Shown here: one piece after another, positions 12,507-44,891 of the stretch | Layout: each line of letters starts with the position of its first letter | Position numbering within the stretch: position 1 is the first letter of the stretch | The notes under the pieces: generated by a model | The model's input: only the letters and a program-made list of their open reading frames with translations | What the model was told of the DNA's origin: nothing | Databases searched by the model: none | NCBI RefSeq assembly: GCF_018977255.1 | Contig: NW_024704742.1 | Coordinates: forward strand, 139,006,001 to 139,070,000 | Direction of reading: 5' to 3' | From: Callorhinchus milii | Lineage: Eukaryota | Length of the DNA: 64,000 nt | Position numbers and translations under genes: made by a program

Positions 12507-12520
12507 GCGCCATCTTGTGG
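12507..12520 (-). promoter_or_regulatory. CTCF-like motif CCACAAGATGGCGC
   Basis: Close match to the CTCF core, same orientation as the 11646 motif. Confidence 0.5.
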
Positions 12521-13096
12521 ACATGGGACTTCAGTATTCAACAACAACACTTGGGGTTATATAGCGTTTCACACGGGGTAGCATCTCGGAGCACTTATAG
12601 CGTGTCTAAAAAACTTGTACAATGTCATATATGGTTTCGTGGTAAAAATGGGATGTGACAGTCACATGGTCATCTGCAGAGTACCTGAGGTCTCTATCTA
12701 TTGGTCACTCAATCCACAACTGTGTGGGAAACTGCTGTGCACAATTGGCTGCCGCGTTTTGCCAACAAAACATAGTCAATTCACTTTACAGTATATTGTG
12801 TGAAGCGCTTTCAGACGTCTCGAAAACCTGATAAGGCACTGTATCAAATGTAACGATTATTATTTTTATTAAAATAACCTGAGCCTTTTATGTGAATCAT
12901 AGTGCAGTAACTGGCAACAGCACCATTGTGGATATATAAACGGTGCAGATAACATTTATTAATTATTGATATCTATTAATTTATTAATAATAATGTTGAG
13001 ATGGTACACATGTACACCCACGATATGGCTTGCTCTTCCTCGCAGTGTACTGGGTGGCCTCTGTGTTCAATCCTCACTAATGAATGCAGGGTCCTA

Positions 13097-14480
13097 TAAC
13101 AACAACTTGCATTTATACAGCGCGCTCCAGGCCGGGCGGCGTCTCAGAGCTTAACAATGGCGGAGCCCGAGGCCGAGCCGTGGGGAGGGGGAGGAGGAGG
13201 GGGAAGTGACCATAGACCGGTCGAAGAGGAAGGTCTTCAGGCGAGACCTGACGATGGGGAAGGAGGGGACGAGGCCAAGGGCTCGAGGGAGGGAGTTCCA
13301 CAGTTTCAGGGGGTAGTGGCTGAAGGCACGGCCGCCGATGGTGGAGTGGAGGATTCGGGGGACGCAGAGGAGGCCGGAGCCAGTGGAGAGGAGGCAGCGG
13401 GTACTGCTGTGGGGAGAGAGGAGGTTAGAGAGAGGGGGGGCAAGGAATGGAGGGTTTAAACACGAGAGTGAGGATCTGGAAGTGGATCCGCTCTGTGACC
13501 GGAGCCAGTGGGGTTTGGCCGGGACTGGAGTAATCGGGGACGGGGTTTGGTGCGAATGCGCGGGTTTGAATGAGCTGAAAAATTGTGAATAGTGGAGGAG
13601 GGGAGACCGACGAGGAGGGGGTTAAGAGTCGTCCAACCGAGAGGTGACAAAGGCACAGACAAGGGTTTCGGCAGCTTTTGGGGTGAGGTAGTGTCGGAGA
13701 CGGGCAATGTGCCGGAGGTGGGAGAAAGTGGGGCTGGTCAGGGACCGGATGTAGGGGAGGAAGGATAACCGGGGATCGAACCTGATGCCTAAGTTGCGTT
13801 CGAGTCCGGAGAGTTTTAAGGACAGGTCGGGTGGGTTGAGGAGGCCGGGACCGTGGGACAGAAGGCATCGGCGGGAGCCAAAGAGTATGGCTTCCGTCTC
13901 GTTGATGTTTAACTGCAGGAAATTTGTGCTCATCCAGCTCCTGATGTCCGACAGACAAGCTGACAGCACATCAGGGACTGGGGGTTACAGCTGGAGGTTG
14001 AAAAGTGGAATTGAGTGTCATCCGCATCCATGTGGGGGTTAACCCCGTGTCTGCGGATGACATCACCGAGAGGGAGCATATAGATGAGGAAGAGAAGGGG
14101 CCAAGGATGGATCCTTGGGGTATCTACTCCCCAGGTGACCGGGTGGAAGCTCCAAGAAAAGCCATTTGCAGAAATGTAGCGCTGGTGGTTTGTGAGGGAC
14201 TTGAATCTAGCGAGTGCGTCCCACTGAGGTGGGTGATGGAGGACAGGGTGGAGGAGGATGGCGTGATCGACTGTGTCAAACGCGGCAGAGAGGTCCAGGA
14301 GGACGGGGAGACAGAGGGAGCCTTGGTCACAGATAGAGAGGATATGGTTTGTGACCTTCACGAGCGCTGTCTCTGTGCCCTGGGCAGTCGGGGCAGAAGC
14401 CGGACTGGAGGAGTTGGAATAGGGTGTGGAGGGAGAGGTGTGCGCGGAGTTGGTTGGTATAACCAGGTGTATCTTGACTA
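13097..14480 (-). mobile_element. L2 LINE RT and 3' fragment (degenerate)
   Basis: [10 protein letters not shown]...[51 protein letters not shown]. Confidence 0.9.
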
Positions 14481-14729
14481 ATGAGTTCTTCCATGACGAC
14501 AGGTACAACCAATTGCTATTTAAATTTAAAGCCAATTGGGAAGCTTCAGTCAATCAGAGGTTTATTTTACATCGCTGTGACCTAGGCTGAACCTGTTTCT
14601 ATATTCCTTTGATTTATACAGAAAGCTTGAGTTAAGCACGGTTAAATTAGCTCACAGAATTTTATTGTAGCTTCAATGAAATCCACAACGCTCGGCATTA
14701 AATCTTAATAGACACGATAAATGCTTTAC

Positions 14730-16688
14730 ATCCGCCAGGCAGCCTCATCCACCTGCCCCTTGTCACCCACCACCACTCCCTCTCTGTCCCCCTCACCTTA
14801 CTCATCATCCGCTCCTACCACCGCCCCCATTCTACATTCCTTCCTCCCCACCTCTCCCTCCTCCCTCTCACCCACCATCACCTCCATGAAACCCACCACC
14901 TGCTGTCTCGACCCCCTCCCCACCAACTTGCTGGTCACACAGCTCCCCTTCCTCTGCCCACTACTGGCTGACATCATCAACCAGACCCTCTCCTCCGCAT
15001 CAGTCCCTGCCCCCCTCAAAACTGCTGTCATCACCCCACTCCTGAAAAATCCTCCCGAGATCCCTCAAACCCCAGCCACTGCCGCCCTATCTCTAACCTG
15101 CCCTTCCTCTCAAAAGTTCTACAACGCGTTGTGGCCAACCAACTCCGCGCACACCTCCTCCCACTCCCTCTTCGAACCCCTCCAGTCCGGTTTCCGCCCA
15201 CAGTACTTGTGAAAGTCACAAACTCCATCCTCTCTATCTGTGACCAGGGCTCCCTCTGCCTCCTTGTCCTCCTGGACCTCTCCGCCGCGTTCGACAGTCG
15301 ATCACGCCATCCTCCTCCCCCGCCTTTCCTCTGCCATCCACCTCAGTGGGACCGCACTCGCCCGGTTCGAGTCCTACCACCAGCAGTACATCTGCACCAA
15401 CGGCTTCTCCTCCCGCTCTCACCCGGTTACCTGCGGGTACCCCAAGGATCCACCCTTGGCCCCCTCCTCTTTCTGATCTGATGCTCCCTCTTGGGGATGT
15501 CATCCGCAGACATGGGGTATGTTTCCACACGTACGCGGACAACACCCAACTCTATTTTTCCACCTCTCTTTGCGCCCCCCAGTCCCCTGATGTTCTCCTG
15601 TCAGATCTCAGGGGTTGGATGAGCGCAAACTTCCTTCAGCTGAACGTTGACACGACGGAAGCCATACTCTTTGGCTCTCGTCAACGTCTAAAATCTCACG
15701 GTTCTCACCTCCTCCACCTTCCGGACCTCCCCCTAAAACTCTCCGAACCCGACACAACCCAGGGTCAGGTTCGACCCCCAATTATCCTTCCTCCCCCACA
15801 TCCGGTCCCTCACCAGCACCACTTTCTTCCACCTCCGACGCATCGCCCGTCTCCGCCAATACCTCTCCCCAAAAGCCGCTGAAACCCTGGTCCAGGCCTT
15901 TGTCACCTCTCGGCTGCACTACTCTAACGCCCTCCTCACCGGTCGCCCCTCCACTGCCATCCATAAAATCCAGGTCACCCAGAACTCTGCCGCCCGCATT
16001 CTCACCCGCCCAACCCCACTCCCCGATCCCCCCAGTCCTGGCCCTCCCCCCACCCCCAAACCCTGCTCCCCGATCCCCCCAGTCCTGGCCCCCCTCCACC
16101 CCCAAACTCCACTCCCCGAATCCCCCAGTCCTGCCTCCCCCCCCGCTCCCCCCCCCCAGTCCTGGCCCCACCCATCCTCCCCCACCCCCAAATCCCACTC
16201 CCCGATCCCCCCAGTCCGACCTCTCTGACCTCCTCTCTCCTCAGCACAGCACCCGTTGCCTTCGTTCCCCCGGGTCTGGCCTCCTCCTCGTCCCCCGAGT
16301 CCTCCGCTCCACCCTCGGCGGCTGTGCCTTCAGCCGCTGTGCCCCGAGGCTCTGGAATGGCCTTCCTCACTCCCTTCGTCTCGCTCCTTCCCATTTTCAG
16401 GTCTCTGCTGAAGACCGTTACTTTTTGACTGCGCCTTTGGTCACCTTCCCCCCCCCCTCCCCCTGGCTCCCCCCCCTCCCCGGCTCCTCCCCCGCCCCCT
16501 GTCTCCCCCCTGCCGCCTCCTGGCTCCTCCCCTGCCCCCTGGCTCCTCCCCCTGGCTCCTCCTCTGACCCCCCCCTGGCTCCTCCCCCTGCCCTGGCTCC
16601 TCCCCCTGGCTCGGTCCCGGGATCTGTTACTGTAAAGCTCTGAGACGCCGTCCGGCGTGGGGGGCGCTATATACATCCAAGTTGTTGT
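14730..16688 (+). mobile_element. L2 LINE (RT to 3' tail), frameshifted, with internal tandem expansions
   Basis: [42 protein letters not shown]; tail at 16640-16688. Confidence 0.9.
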
Positions 16689-17876
16689 TAAATATCAACA
16701 AACACAACTATGAGGTAACAAACATTAATCACTTAAACTGCACACACAGCCACTTATAATGAAGATAGTGTAAAGTGCACAAAGAAACAACTTCTGACTA
16801 CTACTCATCAATAGTCAGAGCACATTCCTTTGTTGTCATCAGACAGAAAATAGTGACCCCGAGCACATAGCGTTCGTTCTTTTTCGGGCATTGAACCCCT
16901 TCCTGAATTAGGGGAATTACCCCAATGGTAATTGCGTTGCATCAATTACTTGAATTAATTGGAATGGGAATTTACCACCAAATTGTTGCAATCAACTCTG
17001 GAGTCAGACTTGTTGGTACCAGGTGTAACAAAAACTTTAATGCATAAACAAATGTATTTAAAGCACTACTTCATATATTTATGGGGCGTATGCGCCAGTT
17101 CTACTGAACTTCGGCACTTTCCCCGAGTTTCCGTGAGAGCTAATCGGTAATTAATAATTGCACTTATGCTTTTAGCAAAAAACATAAACTTTACAAAACA
17201 TATTTAAAACAAGAGACAGGCATAGAAAACAAAAGGGGTGACCGCAACAATGTAATAAGAATGCAACGATTATTATGATTATTGCACTTCAGGCGCTAAT
17301 CACTACCAATGAGACACAGGACCGTAGAAGCTATAGTCCCAGAGCTTAACAGCAATCACACAATTATACAGCACAGAAGGAGGCCATTTGGCCCCGTGTC
17401 GGCCCATGTTACCAGTCTGTCTATGGCCATTTACAGGCTGCGACTGTCCTCCTCACTGGTTACTACTTTCCCAGCTCAGTATCATCTGCAAACGTGGGAA
17501 TTGTCCTCCCTCTCCCCAAGCCCAGGTCATTTATATAGATAAATGGAAAATATATAGGAAAATAAATATCTTTGCAAGTTCTTTTTTAAAAGTAATGTCT
17601 ATTATAATTGTAATTGGTCACGTTTAGACAGAACCATAGTACATTAGGATAAGAACATGCCAAACAGTGCTTGTCCAATTCATATTGTACTGACTGTTTG
17701 ATTGTGAAGTGGTTATTTCAGTGGCTAACACCTTATCTGGATTGTGGAGGGGCGGAGGGAGTTGTGCAGATGAAGAAGCAAAGATTTGCTGCTGATCCTT
17801 ACTAATGGAGCACTGTAACTCAGTGGTTAGAGCTTCGCAAGCAAGCAAGAGGGGTTCGATAGCCGGCAGGGCGAAA

Positions 17877-18345
17877 CAACAACAAGATTAATTTGTAAAG
17901 CGCCTTTCACATCAGGATGATGTCCCAAGGTGCTCAACAGTCGGGGATTAGGACCTGAGCGTGGGGAGCAGGGTTGGGATGAGGGAGGTAGAGGGGGCAA
18001 GGCTGTGGAGGGCCTTGAATGTGAGGATGAAGATTTTGAATTCTATCCTCTGGGGGATGGAGAGCCAGTGGAGCCGGGAGAGGGTGGGAGTGATGGGGTC
18101 ACGGAGCCTGGTGCGGGAGAGGACACGAACTGCAGAGTTCTGGATGATCTGCAGCTTGTGGAGTTGAGGAGGTCGATAAGGAGGGAGGTTCTGTAGTCGA
18201 GTCTTGAGGTGACGAATGCGTGTATGAGGGTTTTGGTAGCCTGAGGGACGAGGCAGTGGTGGAGTCGGGCAATGTAGCGGGGCTGAGAATGGGGCGGGGG
18301 CGGGGGAAGGCAGAGCGGGACATGGCATGGATATGGGGGAGAAAG
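17877..18345 (-). mobile_element. L2 3' fragment inserted inside a SINE head (SINE halves ~17812-17876 and ~18352-18410)
   Basis: SINE sequence gggcgaaac|...|gttggacaagtttcctt resumes after the LINE. Confidence 0.8.
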
Positions 18346-18884
18346 GAGAAGCGTTGGACAAGTTTCCTTAATCCACACGACTCTGTTTACCTAGCAGTAA
18401 ATAGGAATGCAGTTACTGTTTCCTCTCTGAGTGAGAAGGGTCTGGGTTCAAGCCCCATGGTGGGACGTTAAGCTCATAGTCTAGGCTAATCCTTAATTGC
18501 AATGCTAAGGGATTGTCAGATTGTTTCATCCTTCAGATGAAACCTTAAACCAGTCTCATCTGCCTTTTCAGGAGCACATTAAAGATCCCATTGCACTACT
18601 TTCACTCAAAAAATATAGTCAATTCACTTTACAGTATATTTTTTGAATATATGATATATATGATACGTCTTGAAGATATGATAAGGCGCTGTATGAAATG
18701 CAAGGATAATTATTATGCTTGAAAAGAGAAATTGGCAAAATTAGCAGTCACGTTTGCCTACATATAAACTCTTTATATCCTGTGAGGCGCTTTGAGACAT
18801 TCTCCTGACATGAAAAGCGCTATATCAAATGTAAGGATTATTTACTACAGTCCATAATACAAAACATTTACATTTACATTACGC

Positions 18885-19556
18885 CTTGCATGCCTTCATC
18901 ACCTCAAGGGAACTCTCTCCTCGTCGGCCTTCCCGGCCCTCCCTCCACACTGCAGGTCATTCAGAACTCTGCAGCTCGTGTACTGTCCCCCACCAGACAC
19001 CGCGACCACATCACTCCCACCCTCGCCCTCACACCCACCCTCGCCCTCACCCTCGCCCTCACCCTCGCTCGCCTCCACTGCTCCCCATCCCCCAGAGGAT
19101 CGATTTCAAGATCCTCATCCTCGCCTACAAGGCCATTCCCGGCCTCTCTCCGACCTCCTATCCCCCTACCTACCTGCCCGTACCCTCCGTTCCTCCGGCT
19201 CCGGTCTGCTCCACATCCCCCGCCCCAACCGCCCGACCATCGGTGGCCTTCAGCCTCTCAGCCCTGAGGCTCTGGAACTCTATCCCCAGTGCCTTCGCTG
19301 CTTCCTCCCTTTCCTCCTTCAAGGCCGGTCTCAAGGCCTTTCTCTTTGACCGTACCTTCAGCTCCGCTCTCGACTCTCTACCCCTCCTCGCTCCCTCCCT
19401 CCCCTCACCCTGACCATTCCCCCCTCCTCACCCCCTCCCTCCCCTCCCCTGACCATTTCCCCAATGCTCGGGTCCTGACCCAACTGTACAGCGCTTTGGG
19501 ACGTCCTCCCGACGTGAAAGGCGCTCTATAAATGGAATCTTGTTGTTGTTGTTGTT
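18885..19556 (+). mobile_element. L2 3' fragment (young subfamily)
   Basis: LQVIQNSAARVL...RIDFKILILAYK; tail gcgctttgggacgtcctcccgacgtgaaaggcgc...(GTT)n. Confidence 0.9.
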
Positions 19557-19679
19557 GCACATCAGAAGCCATCTCAAAGCATTTTATACTGTCAGCGAGT
19601 ATGCAATATGAAGGGAATGCAGTTAAAAGAGAGATAGTAAACTCTTAAAACACAGTGAGAATATGTTTTATCAAAAACT

Positions 19680-19773
19680 TTTATTTCACACAATTTAATG
19701 ATTTAATTGAAAATTGACAGAGAAGATAATGATTTATTAATAAACCATTTGAATTCGAGCTTGTGCATTTATT
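19680..19773 (-). terminator. Cluster of three AATAAA polyadenylation signals; candidate 3' end of the transporter mRNA
   Basis: Plus-strand tttatt at 19680, 19733 and 19768 in a unique AT-rich block (19600-20100) downstream of the stop; an ATTAAA at 24496-24501 is an alternative. Confidence 0.4.
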
Positions 19774-20189
19774 TACAGAAATCAAAGAACATTTCTGCCA
19801 TAAAATAAAATTATTTTTAGTTCTTCATAAAAATACAATAAAATCCCAAACTGATAGATGGTTGATTGGAAAAGGAAAGAAGTGACATTGGTAATCACCA
19901 CACCTGTCATTAACATATTATTTCACAACCTCTACTCCGATTTAATAGCTCGATTGCTCTGTATACAGTTTCTCTAAATTGGTCTCTAAGCCTTGAGTGT
20001 ATATATTGATGTCCATACACATATAATTGTTAGGACTTATAGGTGTTAGCAAAATAAACACTATTCTTCTGATTCCAATTGGATCAATTGGCTGTTGACA
20101 AAGAACAGTACTGTGTGTATGGGGTGGGGGGGGGGGGGAGAGGTTAGAGAACAGTATTGGGTGGGGGGTGGCACTGATAGAACAGTAAA

Positions 20190-22320
20190 CGGGAGAGAGA
20201 ACAGTATGGGGGGGGAAGAGAGAACAGTGGGGGGGGAGAGAGAACAGTAGGGGGGGGAGAGAACAGTATGGGGGGGGGAGGGGGGGGGAGAGAACAGTAT
20301 GGGGGGGGGGGAGAGAACAGTAGGGGGGGGGAGAGAACAGTATGGGGGGGGAGAGAACAGTATGGGGGGGAGAGAGAACAGTATGGGGGGGGAGAGAGAA
20401 CAGTGGGGGGGGAGAGAGAGAACAGTATGGGGGGGGAGAGAGAACAGTATGGGGGGGAGAGAGAACAGTATGGGGGGGGGAGAGAACAGTATGGGGGGGG
20501 AGAGAACAGTATGGGGGGGAGAGAACAGTATGGGGGGGAGAGAACAGTATGGGGGGGGAGAGAACAGTATGGGGGGGGGAGAGAGAACAGTATGGGGGGG
20601 GAGAGAACAGTATGGGGGGGGGGGGGGGGGAGAGAACAGTATGGGGGGGGAGAGAGAACAGTATGGGGGGGAGAGAGAACAGTATGGGGGGGGAGAGAAC
20701 AGTATGGGGGGGGAGAACAGTAGGGGGGGGAGAGAGAACAGTATGGGGGGGGAGAGAACAGTATGGGGGGGGAGAGAACAGTATGGGGGGGGAGAGAACA
20801 GTATGGGGGGGAGAGAGAACAGTTGGGGGGGGAGAGAACAGTATGGGGGGGGAGAGAACAGTAGGGGGGGGGAGAGAACAGGGGGGGAGAGAGAACAGTA
20901 TGGGGGGGGAGAGAACAGTAGGAGAGAGAACAGTAGGGGGGGGAGAGAACAGTATGGGGGGGGGAGAGAACAGTATGGGGGGGGGAGAGAACAGTATGGG
21001 GGGGGAGAGAGAACAGTATGGGGGGGGAGAGAGAACAGTATGGGGGGGGGAGAGAACAGTATGGGGGGGGAGAGAGAACAGTATGGGGGGGGAGAGAGAA
21101 CAGTATGGGGGGGGAGAGAGAACAGTATGGGGGGGAGAGAGAACAGTATGGGGGGGGGAGAGAGAACAGTATGGGGGGGAGAGAGAACAGTATGGGGGGA
21201 GAGAGAGAACAGTATGGGGGGGAGGGGGGAGAGAGAACAGTATGGGGGGGAGAGAGAACAGTATGGGGGGGGAGAGAGAACAGTATGGGGGGGGGAGAGA
21301 GAACAGTATGGGGGGGAGAGAGAACAGTATGGGGGGGGAGGGGGGGAGAGAGAACAGTATGGGGGGGAGAGAGAACAGTATGGGGGGGAGAGAGAACAGT
21401 ATGGGGGGGGGAGAGAGAACAGTATGGGGGGGGAGAGAGAACAGTATGGGGGGGGGGGAGAGAACAGTATGGGGGGGAGGGGGGGAGAGAGAACAGTATG
21501 GGGGGGAGAGAGAACAGTATGGGGGGAGAGAGAACAGTATGGGGGGGGAGAGAGAACAGTATGGGGGGGAGAGAGAACAGTATGGGGGGGGGGGAGAGAG
21601 AACAGTATGGGGGGGAGAGAACAGTATGGGGGGGAGAGAGAACAGTATGGGGGGGGGAGAGAACAGTATGGGGGGAGAGAGAACAGTATGGGGGGGAGAG
21701 AGAACAGTATGGGGGGGAGAGAGAACAGTATGGGGGGGGAGAGAGAACAGTATGGGGGGGAGAGAGAACAGTATGGGGGGAGGGGGGAGAGAGAACAGTA
21801 TGGGGGGAGGGGGAGAGAGAACAGTATGGGGGGGGAGAGAGAACAGTAGGGGGGGGAGAGAGAACAGTATGGGGGGGAGAGAGAACAGTATGGGGGGAGG
21901 GGGGAGAGAGAACAGTATGGGGGGGAGAGAGAACAGTATGGGGGGGAGAGAGAACAGTATGGGGGGGGAGAGAACAGTATGGGGGGGGAGAGAGAACAGT
22001 ATGGGGGGGAGAGGAACAGTATGGGGGGAGAGAGAACAGTATGGGGGGGAGAGAGAACAGTATGGGGGGGAGAGAGAACAGTATGGGGGGGGGAGAACAG
22101 TATGGGGGGGAGAGAGAACAGTATGGGGGGGGGAGAGAGAACAGTATGGGGGGGAGAGAGAACAGTATGGGGGGAGAGAGAACAGTATGGGGGGGGAGGG
22201 GGGGAGAGAGAACAGTATGGGGGGGGAGAGAGAACAGTATGGGGGGGAGGGGGGGAGAGAGAACAGTATGGGGGGGGAGAGAGAACAGTATGGGGGGGGG
22301 GGGAAGAGAACGGTATGGGG
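20190..22320. repeat. G-rich minisatellite, unit ~GAGAGAACAGTAT(G)6-12, roughly 100 copies
   Basis: Directly visible; source of the 446-815 aa artefactual ORFs. Confidence 0.97.
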
Positions 22321-22389
22321 GGTTTGTGTGTCACAATGAAGTGTGTGTGTCACAGTGAGTGTCACAGTGAGTGTGTGTGTTTGTGTCAC

Positions 22390-22720
22390 AGTGAAGGGTG
22401 TGGGGTGGTGGGAATGTGGGGTGGGTGGGGGCTGTGGGTGGGGTGGGGGGCTCTGGGGTGGGTGGGGGCTGTGGGTGGTGTGGGTGGGTGGGGGCTGTGG
22501 GGTGAGTGGGGGCTGTGGGGGGTGTGGGGTGGGTGGGGGCTGTGGGTGGTGTGGGGTGGGTGGGGGCTGTGGGGGGGGTGTGGGGTGGGTGGGAATGTGG
22601 GGGGGTGGGGTGGGTGGGGGCTGTGGGTGGTGGGTGGGGGCTGTGGGGGTGTGGGGTGGGTGGGGGCTGTGGGGGGGGTGCGGGCTGTGGGTGTGTGCGG
22701 GGGCAGAGTGGGGGAACCGC
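22390..22720. repeat. G-rich minisatellite (ggggtgggtgggggctgtg)n
   Basis: Directly visible. Confidence 0.9.
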
Positions 22721-22739
22721 TGACGTCATAGTTTAGTTT

Positions 22740-23790
22740 CAGGAGTGTGAGCGCACGCAAAAACCCTCTGTGCCCCCCCCCGGGGCTCGCATCAGGGCCC
22801 ACTATGGTCCTGTTGGGTTGGCTGCCCCAACACCTGACCGCTCACTCCCGGTCCCCGTGTGCGCACTATAGCTGCCTCTCTGATCTGAGCCTCCTCACCC
22901 CCTCCCTCCTCCTCTCTCCCCCAAACCTTCCCCCCTCTGCATCTCTCCCGCTCTCTCTCCGTCCCTCTCGCCTTCTTTCCCCACTTGACCCCCCACCCCC
23001 TCCCTCTGCTCCAGTCTGGGAATCCTCCCCCGGGTTCACCGCGGCACTCGGCGTTGGCTGTCCAGCAGCAGCCACTCCGACTGCCCCATTCCCCACCACT
23101 CTCGCCACCCACCCCGGACACAGACCCGGGGAGTCAACCTCTCCTCCCTTACCCCCATTCCCCCCACCCCTACCCCACAACCTGGACCCCCCTCCCCTCC
23201 CACACACCCTTCTGTCAACCGCTCCCTCCACATCGGACTACAAAACGTCCGCTCCCTCAGTAACAAGGCCCTGGTCATCACCGACCTCATCCTTGATGGG
23301 AGCGTTGACATTATGGCCTTAACGGAAACCGGGCTCACCCCAGGGACCCCTTCCCCCTCACGGAGGCCACACCACCCGCTACACCTCCCACCACATCCCC
23401 CGCCCCAACCACCGTGGCCTCCGGTCTCCTCCACATCCCCCGCCCCAACCGCCCTACCATCAGTGGCCGAGCCTTCAGCCTCTCAGCCCCGAGGCTCTGG
23501 GACTCCATCCCCAGTGCCTTCGTCGCTTCCTCCCTTTCCTCCTTCAGGGCCGATCTCAAGACCTTTCTCTCTGACCTTCAGCCTTCAGCTCCGCTCTCAA
23601 CTCTCTACCCCCTCCTCAACCCTCCCTTCCCTCCCCTCACCCTGACCATTTCCCCCCTCCTCGCTCCCTCCCTTCCCTCCCCTCACCATTTTCCCCCAAT
23701 GCTCAGGTCCTGACCCAACTGTACAGCGCTTTGGGACGTCCTCCCGACGTGAAAGGCGCTCAATAAATGGAATCTTGTTGTTATTGTTGT
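22740..23790 (+). mobile_element. Internally deleted (bipartite) L2: 5' region and start of the endonuclease fused to the 3' end
   Basis: LQNVRSLSNKALVITDLILDGSVDIMALTETGLTPG (23235-23345), then directly LLHIPRPNRPTISGRAFS and the 3' tail. Confidence 0.8.
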
Positions 23791-24172
23791 ATGTGTCACA
23801 GTGCGTATGTGTGTGTCACAGTGAGTGTGTGTGTGTCACAGTGAGTGTGTGTGTGTGTCACAGTGTGTGTGTGTGTGTGTGTCACAGTGTGTGTGTGTCA
23901 CAGTGAGTGTATGTGTGTGTCACAGTGCGTATGTGTGTGTGTCAGTGAGTGTGTGTGTGTCACAGTGAGTGTGTGTGTGTCACAGTGAGTGTGTGTGTGT
24001 CACAGTGAGTGTGTGTGTGTCACAGTGTGTGTGTCACAGTGAGTGTGTGTGTGTCACAGTGTGTGTGTCACAGTGTGTGTGTGTGTGTCACAGTGTGTGT
24101 GTCACAGTGAGTGTGTGTGTGTCACAGTGTGTGTGTGTGTGTGTCACAGTGAGTGTGTGTGTGTCACAGTGA
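23791..24172. repeat. Compound microsatellite ((GT)n-CACA-GTGA)
   Basis: gtgtgtgtcacagtga reiterated; the same motif occurs at 22325-22395. Confidence 0.95.
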
Positions 24173-24815
24173 TTACTGTCATCTCCATTCTGATATTTTT
24201 CAGTAGTTTGAATGGTGTCCAGATTATACGTTTGAGACGGTTTAAATGTAACAGAAACTATTCCGGTGACAAACCATTCAATCAACCCTCTTGAACTTTT
24301 GTACATGTTTTCTCATGGTATTTGTGAATTAATCTGCATTTTTTTCTACATTTCTGGGAGTGAGTTTCATGTGAGAAAAGTGAGTTAGTGGCAGCAGCAG
24401 CACTCTTCCCCAGATAGTGAGATGGATCACTAGGCAAGTGAAACTGCGGCAATGATTCAGGCTTAGGTTTGGAGATATTCTGGTGGAATTCAAACTTTAA
24501 TTCCCTCACACTCGAGCCTCTCCCCCTCCGACCACAGCGGCTCATCTTAGGACTTCAATTAAAGAGGTGTTAAATCCAAGGCAAAACTAGCCAAGGGCCA
24601 TCTCACAATCACCCTAACAAGCCTACAGCCAGCGTAGGGTGACTAAGCCGACGCCACCACAGGGGAACATTGTTAATCAATTGTTTGGAAATATTGGCTC
24701 AAAATAAATAAGAAAATCTGCTCTCCCACTAAAAGGAGCGAGCACAGCCAAGCCAATCTGATTAGCCCAACAGGACAACAGGCTGACCTGTGGGGGGAAT
24801 GGACACCATTTCTCT

Positions 24816-44311
<19,496 letters not shown>

Positions 44312-44563
44312 CTGTCCAATTCAAACATACTGTTTATTATCTGGACAAACCCTGGCAAGACACGATTGAACATAAGTGGCCCACCTCAAAGTAAAACAAT
44401 AATCCTACATTCCCCACCTCTCACAAACCTCATGCAGTTATTTTTCCCAAATAGCTATTAGTCCCAAACACAAACCTTTGTCTCTAAGTTGGATGTCAAG
44501 CACCGTGGCTTTTTTTTAACGGGTCAGCTAGGTGGCTGACACATTAAAAAACCCATGCTAAAC

Positions 44564-44891
44564 TAATAATAATAATAATAATAATAATCCTTGCATTTGA
44601 TATAGCGCTTTTCACATCAGGAGGACGTCCCAAAGCGCTTCACAGAACACACTGTAAAGTGAATTGACTGTATATTTGTGGGCGAACGCGGCAGCCAATT
44701 GCGCACAGCAATGTCCCACAAACAGTCATAGATTGAAAATGACCAATTTAATTATTGTTTTTAGTTTTGGAGGGATTATTATTAGGCGTGTGGAGTAAGG
44801 AAACTTGCCCAAGGTTTCGCCTCTGCCTGGAATTGAACTCAGGACTCTCACTTGCAAAGCGAGTGCTCTAACCACTGAGCTACAGGACTCC
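44564..44891 (-). mobile_element. Full-length tRNA-derived SINE (young)
   Basis: Head, body and long (ATT)n tail. Confidence 0.9.

Noticed and set aside
12187..12550. HPER/SGCR/AAQG/RVPL repeat proteins, or a CRISPR-like array
   Set aside because: Head-to-tail 12-bp repeat with no spacers; eukaryotic context, no cas genes
20190..22320. Array of steroid-receptor half-sites (AGAACA)
   Set aside because: Only half-sites; the second half (TGTTCT) is absent, so no support for a hormone response element
19942..22731. Very long ORFs (815, 757, 665, 516, 446 aa)
   Set aside because: Translations of a stop-poor minisatellite, open in most frames on both strands; not genes
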